This document shows, piece after piece, positions 10,312 to 20,000 of a stretch of 20,000 nt of DNA. Each line of letters opens with the position of its first letter. Position 1 is the first letter of the stretch. The notes below the pieces were generated by a model. It was given only the letters and a program-made list of their open reading frames with translations. It did not search any database and had not been told where the DNA came from. Location of the stretch: contig MU271203.1 of NCBI GenBank assembly GCA_021432655.1, positions 122,918 through 142,917 of the forward strand, written 5' to 3'. The stretch is from Atractiella rhizophila. Its lineage: Eukaryota. The position numbers and the translations under genes are program-made.

Positions 10312-11228
10312 TTACAACTCTACAACTTTTGTAGCTTCTTCAGCGATCTTTTCAGGTTCATTATCGATGGACACGATCGCCACCCCCGCCTCATCATTCG
10401 GTTCTTCGAGTGTCGCGAGCTGGGATTTGAGCATTCCCTCCTTCATGAAGTGGCCCTGTCTCGCCGTCATTCTTTGAAGCAGTAATTCTGGCGAGCCCTT
10501 CACTATTCCACACAGCTTCAAAACGGAAGACTTGACATGAGAACAGAGGATAACAAACAGTAGACGAATCTAGTCTCCAGTTCTGGCCGGGAAGTACGAA
10601 GGTAGTCCCGGTACGACTTTTTCAAAGCGGAGCTCGCGATCACGACTCCTGGTCGCCCACCGCTGTCGCTGTGGACGCGTCCGCCAGACACGGTTGGGTC
10701 ATGCAACTCGTTCGCAACTGAACTGGCTGTCGCCTCCACAGCCCGCGAGAGGATGATATCAAACCAGGGCATCCGATCCTGTACGAGGAAAGCATGTTAG
10801 CTCAACGTCATTCCCATACCAACGACCGCGTAAAACACTTTAAGACTCGATAAAGTCTCAAGACATTGCGCCGCGCTTTTGGCGTCACAAACGTCTGACT
10901 GCTTTAGTGACGTATGCAAGGTTCAGGGAAAGGCTCACTTCATCTGTCAAAGGTTCTCCCCTTGTCTGTTTCGCGATGTTGGCAGCGGGATGAAGGTCGT
11001 CGCCGTCAAGAAAGGGATATCTGAGCTTTGAAGCAAGGAGACGGCCGACAGTAGACTTCCTACATCAGCCAGTCGCGTCACAACAGATCATGCGTACTAT
11101 CTCCTTCAACAGAGACGCACCCGCTCCCAGCTGAATCAGATAACTGTTAGGATATAGGAGTAGTAAGAGGGAGGAGGAGGCCTACCCGTCCCCATCACAA
11201 TTATCAAAAGAGCTTTCGGGTCTGACAT
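10312..11228 (-). CDS. gntK: Gluconokinase (GntK/IdnK family). Exons 11228-11186, 11130-11121, 11059-10939, 10778-10559, 10502-10312
   Basis: Spliced product MSDPKALLIIVMGTAGSGKSTVG (P-loop), FLDGDDLHPAANIAK...GEPLTDE|DRMPW, ASSALKKSYRDYLR, FVYL KG, RQGHFMKEGMLKSQLATLEEP. Confidence 0.93.
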
Positions 11229-11683
11229 GGTCTTTCTCCTGCGCTCAGCAGACAAGGGCTCGCTCCGTCAACTTTTGAGTGTGCGTTTTGGCGAGTTTTT
11301 CAATGGCCGAGCTGAAAGGTTTACTCAAGTTTCTTCTGCCATTCAAATTGATTCAACCATGAATATCGCCAAGTGGGGGGACTTGGTGGGGAGGTTTACT
11401 GTTTGTGAGCAATTGTCTCCCCGAATAGGACTAATCTATCGGGTAGTCGTCCCTGTTCTAACATTTTTTTGTTGTTCCCAACAATTGCCAAGTTGCTAAG
11501 TTTCCCGTTTACAGTCATTTGAGCTTTGGGATATCTTAGTTATCACCTACTGCAATTTCTGTAGTTCTGGAGTTAACTGTCCTGGAAAGGCTGAAGAGAA
11601 CTTGTCTGTCTCCTGTAAGCGCCTAAGTTCACGTCCACCCTTCTCACCCATTCTCCTGCGTAGGTCTAAATAAAATCGTTAGC

Positions 11684-13021
11684 ATGTCGATGGTTTTTAA
11701 TGCTGCCGTTTTTGCTGGAGGGATAGCGGTAGGAGCAGCGAGTACAGTCTTGTTTTCGACGAGGAGAGAGAAGGAAATTGCTCCTCCAGCCCCTCCTCCA
11801 GTGCCTTCTCCGGCGGTAGCTCCATTACCTAGCAGGGCCTCCCCTGCGCAAACCAGCGCGTTTGAAGCTCTCACTACTTTTGGTGGTAATCCAGGTACTT
11901 TTCTCATTGACTTGGAGGTGGCACTGCTCCAACTGCTTCGTCTAGGGCCGTTCCACGATCTCTTTGTCCGTCAAGCTTACATTACCTCGTACGACCGAGT
12001 ACATCGACATCCAGCTTGGACGGCAGAGCATTTGACAGCTTCCTCGCTTCTCAGGACACCTGCCGTCTCCTCACCGGAGAATGTCTCTTCTTCCAGCGCC
12101 GCTGGAGACTTAATCGTTGGTACTGGTACACAACGTGCTGGAAGCCGTGAATCTAGTTTTTTTCGAGAGGATCCAGCTGTACCTGAGTTGTTCAGGGCAA
12201 AGTTGGCAGATTATGCCAAAAGTGGATATGATAGAGGACATATGGTACGCTCTCTGTCTTCGTTCTTTCAGGTCTTAAAAATTTTCTGATTTTCTGTGAG
12301 GTGTTTAGGTGCCTGCTGCAGACGCGAAACGCTCACAATCAGCAATGGACGAAACGTTTCTTCTCACCAACATCGCTCCTCAAGTTGGGGATGGGTTCAA
12401 TCGCCACTACTGGGCTTGGGTGGAAGATTTCTGTCGTCGCCTGACGGGCAAGTTCTCGGACGTCTACGTCTTCACCATCCCTCTCTATCTCCCGCGCCGG
12501 GATCCAGACGGAAAGTTTCGGGTGACATACGAGGTGATAGCGAATTCGTCTACCATGCCTCCCACGCCAAATGTCAGTGTACCGACCCACTTTGCGAAAG
12601 TCATTCTAGCAAATACTCCCTCAGTTGCTGGGGGAAAGGGGGGCGTTGCTCAAGTTGGACTCGGGTTAGCCAGCATTGGAGCTTTCGTGTTGCCTAACCA
12701 GCCTATTCCGGATCAGACACCGTTGAGGGCGTTTGAGGTGCCGGGTTCGTGTTTTTGCTGTCTCGATTTCCAGTTGATTAATCGTGAGAACGGATGACTA
12801 GTTGAAGCCGTAGAGAAAGCATCTGGTGTGCAGTTACCTTCTTCTGCTCGATAACTCCTAATCATTTTCTTGGGACGCAGGCTTGACTTTGTTTTCGCCC
12901 CAAGTGAAAGCCCAAGCGAAAAAGCTTTTGCGACACCACAGAATGCAACGTCGTTGTGCGACACTTCGACGATGCTGCTAAAAAGAACGATAGAAAGTCA
13001 TTACCTCCGCCTTCACCATGA
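11684..13021 (+). CDS. NUC1: Mitochondrial nuclease Nuc1/endonuclease G with an apparent +1 frameshift near 12925. Exons 11684-11894, 11946-12244, 12309-12744, 12802-12825, 12881-13021
   Basis: YDRVHRHPAWTAEHLT, FREDP..P..FRAKLADYAKSGYDRGHM|VPAAD (DRGH motif), MDETFLLTNIAPQVGDGFNRHYWA..EDFCR, VPTHFAKV, AFVLPN, VEKAS|GLTLF. Confidence 0.95.
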
Positions 13022-13333
13022 GAGTTAGGGATGGACTATTTGCAGGATGTGATTGTGGTAACACTGACATATCGTTTACTCGTTAATCTAACATTATTCT
13101 CACATATCCTTCACTTAACCGGAGCTCATATAGTGTCTAGAAGTCAGTAAAGGTGTAACAACATTCATTCATTGTATTCGGCGAAATCACGTGCTTTGGT
13201 TTTTAATGCGCAAAACAGCGCGAGGTTGTCATCACTTGCGACCACCTTGCGCACCAGGAGTGTGGTATTTCTTGACGCGACGCGACTCCCTGGTCCAAAA
13301 TTCGATCAGAACCTGTGCTCTATTAGTTCACCA

Positions 13334-16300
13334 ATGTCTGACCTGCACGGCACGGAGAGAAAACCGCGTGGAATAGAGGGGTTGGATGAAAGTGTGATAT
13401 TGCCTGATAATTTGAGAAAGAGGAAGAGGGCGACGACGGAGAGCTCTGATGTGCGCTTTTCCTTGCTTCTTAAATTGTAAAGAATGGGATGGGACGTACA
13501 TTCTCTGTAGGTGCCTAAAGAACCTGTGCAAGAAAACGCACTGGAGAACGAAGATCTGGCGACGGTGAACCAGTCTGCAATCGACTTTATTGACAGCGTT
13601 ACATCGCTCATGGACGTGTCAGTGCTATGAAGCCTCAATGAGGAGTTCGAGCTGAAGAATGGATAGTGACGATGACGGGATTGAGAGATACACCGCAGAC
13701 GTGTTTCTAAACCTCCCATCGAAGAGTACGCTATCTGTTGCGCTGCAGTTAGCAAGTTGACTAGACATGGTTGTGGGATAGAGGACTATGCCGATTACTA
13801 TGAGACTATCAAAAAACCGATATCTTTCAACGAGATTACGGCATGTTATTTTTTCCAATCCTAGAATGTTATCCTCACGCTTGGGCAGAAAAAAGCAAAT
13901 GCCAACAAGTATGGTTCGACCCAAGAAGTAAAAGGCGATTTCGATCTTGTATTCAACAAGCATGCCTTTCTCTGCCCCTCCCCCTGCTCTCTAATACCGA
14001 ATTCTCCAGTGCGAAACGTTATAACCAGAGCGGATCAAGCGTTCATCGTTTCGCCAGCCGGCTTCATGTATGTTCTGCTTCTTCTGTGGTACGAAGGACT
14101 GTGAGCTTAGGAGCTGTAGAAACTGGCGCGAAATTTTCCGGCCTTCGCAGCCAGGGGAAGCTCGCAACCCTCAACGAAAGACCCAAAGAAGGAAATCAAG
14201 CTTATAGCACATAAAGTCGTAAATCATCTGAAGACGCTGACCGCCGAGTATTCACTCTTGCATCTTCCCAAAGCTAGCTGCTCACAGATTGCTTGGTAGT
14301 GATATGGTTGAAGACCAGCCTCGTCTTATTTACGACGTCTTTTTCACACTTCCTGACCGCAAGGAGTATCCTGATTACTATCAAATAATTAAACGACCCA
14401 CGAGCATCGAATCCATTCTTGTTCGTCCTCCGACTGTCTATGGTCTTTTGCTAAACCGCTAAACTTACCTAGGCGAGAGCGAATAAAGGAGAAATATCCT
14501 CCGTTGAGCAATTACATGCTGAATTTGAACTGATATGGAAGAAGTAAGGAGCTCGTTGATGCAAACAGATGATGGCCACGTTAGGCTTAATTTAGATCGA
14601 TAGTGCACAAACTTACAACGCAGATGAGTCAATTATCTTCCAGGACTCTCTTAAACTTCAGGTAAGCTTTATGACCTCAGCTCGGAGCATTCTCATTGTA
14701 ATTTCTAGCAAGCAACCTCTTCCTTCATCTCAACCTTGACTGGAGCGGAACTTACAACCATGCCGAAGGTTGAGGAGGATGATGACGACGACGATGTTTA
14801 CGAATCTGAAGATAACGAGGAAGGGAAGTCGAGGAAGCGAAAAAGAACTAAAGCTGAACCAGGGGAGAAGAGACTGGTATTCAAGACCTGGTTAACACAG
14901 AAGACACAAGAACTAGTGGGCTATAAGGACGAAAGGTACGCCTTTTCTAACCCTTCACCACAAAAACGGATGACTTTCTCTTAGTGGAAGAGAATATTCT
15001 GAAAATTTCATGGATTTACCAAACGAGAAAGAGTATCCAGAGTATTATAAAGTCATCCGAAAGCCCGTTTGCTTCTCCGGCATCTTCGTCTGTCATCATC
15101 ATGAACCTATGTCCTCCATTCTGATTGGTTTTGACACAGGAGCGAATTGAAAAGCGACATTACCACATTCCTGAAAACTGGTACAGAGATGTGGAAATTA
15201 TGATTGCCAACGCTCTTAGCTACAATGAAGATGAGTCAAGGATTTGGAGGGATGCAAAAATGCTCCAAGTACGCCTATCCCACAGTCCTTGTATTGGAGT
15301 TGAATGCGATACAGAACAAGTTCAACGAAATCAAAGCAGGCGGTTACCCACCATTCCCTTTCTTGGCCAAACGAGCCGAGAGAATGGCATTGAAAGAAAA
15401 AGAAGCGCAGAAAAAAGCGAGACTAGAACAGGAAGCGCAGGAGAAAGCTAGGCAGGAGCACGAGCAGCGCCTTCTCGCAGAAGCTGCTCTTCAACGACCC
15501 GTCTCGCCTGCTTCACCTAGTCCAGGCATCCCTTCCCAAGCACTTACACCATCCTTCACCCCAGACTATTCTAAACCCTCGACCCCAAGCGCAATGGATG
15601 TCGTCAGCGACGAGGTTTCACGACCTGACGAAGTCACTGGTTCGGTTATTCCAGCCCATTCGCAGGTCAATTCTCGTTCCTCCTCTCAGAATGTGGGAAA
15701 CCTACAAAGACATGTTCCCCAACCACTTCAATCTGCAGCGCAGAGCCACCAGTATCAAGCGCCTCGGCAGCAACAGCCAATGCCAATGACAAATCAGCAG
15801 ATGATTCAAAACTACTTGAATGGCGCCGAGCGACCGCAAGGCACGAACACCGCGAGGCCAGCACGTTCACAACACGGTGGACTTCTTCAGCAACCGCAGA
15901 CTCCTCAGCAGCACGGTGGTTTGTACGCGAGAGGTTCCAATGTCAGTTACCCAGCGGCAAAACAAGTTCTTCCAAACCCAACCTCTGCTCCGCTCACCCC
16001 AATAAGGAGGAACTTCGTCAAGCTTCCTACCGAAATGGAGCCATCATGTATGCATTTCTCCCCTCTTCTTCACAGCTGATGAAGGTAGTAGTAATCGAAG
16101 AGTTCCATGTGGTGACTGATGCACTCACACCTGCTATTGTGCTCGAAAACGCAAAAGTTCGGCAGCATTCCTTGGTCTTCCCGTCCAGCGTCCAAGTTGT
16201 CAACATTTACGCCATTCCAAGGACACATTTCCCAGCTCACGACCGGCCATCAGAGCATACACGTTCTGCTCAACGAGCCGCTGAGAAACCGCACACTCAA

Positions 16301-16510
16301 ACGCCAGAAGTCCAAGTTTCAATTGCCTCACGTCCAATTGTGCATACGACGGCGACCGAACCGGAGAATGAGTGGAAGCAGAAAGGAGTTTCTCGCAAGT
16401 TCATCATCTCACCGAGGACGGGATTGACCGTGCTGGAATTCAGAGCTCAGAAAGTTGGCAGCAAAGCCGAGCCTGAGCTGTTGAGACTTTATTTTACGAA
16501 AACAAGATAA
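13334..16510 (+). CDS. Multi-exon protein with three bromodomains, a Q/P-rich linker and a beta-rich C-terminal domain; Rsc4/polybromo-like chromatin remodelling subunit
   Basis: BRD1: [23 protein letters not shown]...DFDLVFNNAKRYN. BRD2: [23 protein letters not shown]...EFELIWKNAQTYN. BRD3: [23 protein letters not shown]...[13 protein letters not shown]. All were assembled across short introns. No BAH domain was seen; Rsc4 orthology is inference. Confidence 0.88.
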
Positions 16511-16658
16511 TTATGTACTCTGTCCATATTTTGGAGTAAATTAGTGTAATACAATGCATTCCTGTGGTGTCCCCTAACTGGCATCTCTGCCTGTGTACAA
16601 TACGTCTTCAAGGGTTCGTGAGAAGTCTGAAACAGACGGAGAGCGACCTCGAGTGGGG

Positions 16659-18910
16659 TCACAATCCGGCGGCAGTTGCAGCTCGTCTTCTTGAACCTGT
16701 GAAGGAGAACTTTCTATGACAGTTGCAAACTGGTCTTCTACTTCTTTGGCCTAACTCCCAATAAGACAAACCTCTTCGCGACTTTGTCCTTACCATGACA
16801 CGCAGAGTGCACGCTTCCTGTAGCTGTTGCGCAGGTTCAGCAATATGTCGACCTCGGTACGCAAGGTGCTTCATTATACGCAGGAGCCTATCATAAAAAC
16901 GCGGTCAGTACCAGGTGAAAACGCAAGGGAAATGTCAACCTCATGATGATGCCTTCACTCTCAGGATATCGATCCATAAAGCCACTAAGATAGCCCCAGC
17001 CGCCAGGAAGTTCGTTAAACGGTCGAAGGTTGAAGTGGAACTCGCCAGCAAAGCGGATTAAAACGATGGGCTCTGTGTACCCTTCCCTCGTCCATCTGTC
17101 CAATGTCATTGAAGCCATGGTGAGAATAAGATGGATTTGAGCGTCGCATTGTTCATTCATTGACTTTGCAAGGTCGAGGAGCAATTTGCTATCGGGGAAG
17201 CGGCCTATAGAGTCGCTCACCAATTGTGCAACCAGAACGACATGACGCGAATTCAGTGCACGAAACACACGGGCCACGCCAATGCTCCATGAAGCAGCGC
17301 TTCTGTCTGCCCACTCATGGTCAAATCGGAGCACTGAGTGGAGGTGCGAGCATCTTTTCTCCAATTCCTTCCGTGTCAGTTCATTGAATGCTACACCTAC
17401 AATGTAACGTCAACGAGATCAAGTAGTGGTTGCTCACTAGCGTACGAATTTGGGCAATGACTCGCCGAACAGACATTAAATGCGCATAGAAGAAGTCGTC
17501 CATCATTTCCAGATCCATGATAGAAAGTGCGCGCTCAATAAAAACATCCGGGTTAATGAAAAAATTAGGAGACCATCTCTTAGACCGGGCAAACTTTCGC
17601 ACGTCTGCATCCGATCTATCCACTCCATTAGAATGCACATGAAAGTCGCGGCGCATTCACATTAAGAGTGGTTCTCCCAATTCCAGACTGTGCCTCACAT
17701 CCACGCCCTATGGAAGGTTAGGCAAGCTGTGGTGAAAAGAAAGTGGCTTACATACAAATTACTGAAATACGCATCAATTATACGAGTTCTCTCAGAGTCC
17801 GACGCTTTCTCGAAAAGTTTTGTGTAAGCTTGCCAACCTATCTGCAGTAATAACCGTCCAAGGCGAATGGCTGGAAGGTCGTTGAATGAATTGAGAAGCA
17901 CCAACAATAAGATCATTGCATCGTCTGTCGGTTCTGACAGTGGCGAGTCATGAACCGTTGCTATGGAGTAGAGATTGAAAAGCAATGTTCGGTGGGCATG
18001 GAACCGAGCCATGCCTTGTTGTGAGTAATCATAAAGTTCGTCGGACACGGATTGGCTTGGAATCGATAGCAGAGCAGCTTTCCCAATAATTGCCTGATGA
18101 TCGAAGCATGAGCCTCAGTGAGACAAGCCTGTGGACTCTTACAGAATGAAAAGAGATCTGAGCGGCAGTCGCAGCCACAAATGACATCCAGATCTTGATG
18201 AATGTTACATTAGCGCGACTCGGGAAGCGGCAGTGCAGAAAGGTTACATCGACAAATTTCCCTAGTGGTGCACGGTCAAGTTTCAGTTGCGCATAGGAAG
18301 TCCAAGTTTTAGGCACTATAGTCCTCGTATCAGGATGGGCATACTTCAAAGCTTCAGGTAGATCGGTCGAGGCAACTGGGGTCGCGAATCAGTACCTTTA
18401 TGGTGCGTGAGAAGAACCACACGTCGCAGAAGGTGGTCGCCCAGCTGGAGCTGCAGATGGAAGCTTCCGATTCTTATGGCCAATTGAGCCAACTCATTTA
18501 AGAGTTACCAACATCAAACGACTTACCTCTGGCTCGTGCAAGAGCTCGCTATGTTGACTCGTTGCAGATAACTCGATAAGGCTACAGACTGCTCCTTGTG
18601 AGGATCCAGACGAGAAATCTTGGAAGTTTGTTTCTGGGCATCATCTCTGCGCATAGAAGGAGCTTCAATGATTGTTTGAAGAGACGAAAAACTAGCTTAC
18701 GCATGAACCCGCTTTCGCTTCCTTGAGAGGAGTTGAGCGTTGAACTTGAAGGTGCAACTGTAGTCCATCTTTAGAAGGAAATTATGACACACGGAGAGTC
18801 ACGGACGATAGCTGAAGTAATTTACACCTCTCACACGGTACACGGGACCCTGAATGTGCTGGGATACATTCAACATCCAGCTTGCGGCATTCTTCACAAC
18901 GACTCGACAT
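16659..18910 (-). CDS. Zn(II)2Cys6 (Gal4-type) fungal transcription factor, about 10 exons; 3' end uncertain (16659-16720)
   Basis: ATG 18910 gives MSSRCEECRKLDVECIPAHSGSRVPCERCKLLQLS|CTF (C-x2-C-x6-C-x10-C-x2-C-x6-C, joined across intron 18758-18806), followed by the basic stretch RKRKR. Downstream exons splice in frame through GT-AG introns into ORF-track segments 18029-18349, 17695-18048, 17381-17656, 16891-17364 and 16659-16874. Confidence 0.85.
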
Positions 18911-19166
18911 TGTATTGGTCTTTCCCTATCGTCCACTGTTAAGATACTAGCGAACTTTTTTTCGTCGTCCTATCCTTCCTGCGACAGCATTAGCTCAGTA
19001 CAAAGGTCTGCAACGCAGAGGCGATTTCTCAGAGATTGTGACATGGTCAGCTCACAAGACTTGCAATCTCTCGTAGACACTCTATACGTCCAATCGTCTA
19101 CTATTAGATAGCTATCCACGACTCAAACAAGCTCCAATAAATGGTATGTGCGACCTGCCTTACCAG

Positions 19167-19862
19167 ATGGGGATGTATGTCTCCTTCTGAGAATATGAGG
19201 TCCATTTTACTGTACATTCGCCCCAAGCCATTTAGCGGAGTTGCGTGTTGAACAGAATAGGAAGAGTGATGCACTCCGTTCAAACTCTTGCACAAGTCTT
19301 GAGGTGGATGTGATCTCGGAAGCCTTTCTGAAGCGAGTCACCGCGTCGAAGAATGATGACGAGGTCAAGATTGCCCTGGGACGGACGAGAAGGGAGATCT
19401 TTGGCCTTGTTCAGTCCGCAGATTTCTTTCAGAGAAACACAAAGCATCTCTTCTTCAAACTTAGACTTGGAAAGGATCACCAATGCACTTTGAAAGCCAA
19501 CAATGCATGGGCTTTTGCATGCTCGCAGACATTATCTAACATCTGCGGACGTTGCTATGCTTTCTTGTCGTCATTTGTCGCGAGTTCACTCATCCATTCA
19601 GCTCTCCACTTCTTTCGAGATGTTCGACTTCGTAGCTTCATAGGTGCCGTCAACAAGCCTGATTCAGTGGAGCTTGCAGTACGTGACACGGCTCAGAAGC
19701 AGCCAAACTCGCATGCAGAGTCCCCAGAAGCTCTTGAACCAAGAACAGCTCACCTTGCTATTGTGCAAGCTGAATCAGTGGGCGTTGTTGTCCTTCCCGT
19801 CCCGTTTTGAGCCAGATTATGATCCACAAAACCAGCGCAAAACGACGCGACCCGTTGCGTAA
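19167..19862 (+). CDS. Hypothetical protein (tentative), divergent from the Zn-cluster gene
   Basis: ATG 19167 plus a candidate intron 19175-19227 (GTATGT...AAG) enters the 189-codon open frame. A GTACGT donor at 19679 can join frame 19644..19862 (KLLNQEQLTLLLCKLNQWALLSF). No recognisable motif. Confidence 0.3.
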
Positions 19863-20000
19863 TAGTAACCTTACGTTACCTACAGTTGGTGCTTGCGTGC
19901 GCTACTTGCGGACCTTTGGTCGTAATGAGGTGACTATTGGTTTTCGTGGCCTGGCCATAGTCTCTCGCCTCTCGCACCGAATAGTAGCTGGCAGCTCAAC

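Noticed and set aside
10779..10938. TPP riboswitch or C/D or H/ACA snoRNA call
   Set aside because: No convincing TPP core or correctly placed box motifs; kept only as an unclassified structured intron.
19200..19700. Minus-strand frame with several TGA/TAA stops as evidence of RIP or stop readthrough
   Set aside because: The stops are in register with TCA/TTA codons of the open plus-strand frame, so they need no special explanation.
1..20000. Whole window as a functional or biosynthetic gene cluster
   Set aside because: The neighbours are unrelated housekeeping genes, and no backbone enzyme, transporter or tailoring enzyme is present.

Overview
Gene-dense fungal DNA, probably a basidiomycete given the many short introns of about 45-60 nt. 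It contains eight spliced genes: a 5'-truncated MAPK-phosphatase-type dual-specificity phosphatase (+), RPF2 (-), PGS1 (+), SSL1/TFIIH p44 (+), gluconokinase (-), NUC1/endonuclease G (+), a triple-bromodomain Rsc4/polybromo-like protein (+), and a Zn(II)2Cys6 transcription factor (-) whose zinc cluster the ORF track misses. There is also a decayed paralog of that factor at about 7.0-8.3 kb and an ambiguous coding region at 19.2-19.9 kb. The most notable observation is an array of about 13 peptide repeats (20-24 aa, D-rich...PMSSIEPSFGGLPFxR) inserted inside the phosphatase catalytic domain and conserved at the protein level. Other highlights are a long, structured gluconokinase intron with a candidate poison exon, a +1 frameshift before the conserved NUC1 C-terminus, an acidic recognition loop in the zinc cluster, and three GC-AG introns. 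All exon structures were inferred by eye from splice signals and remembered family motifs; no searches were run.
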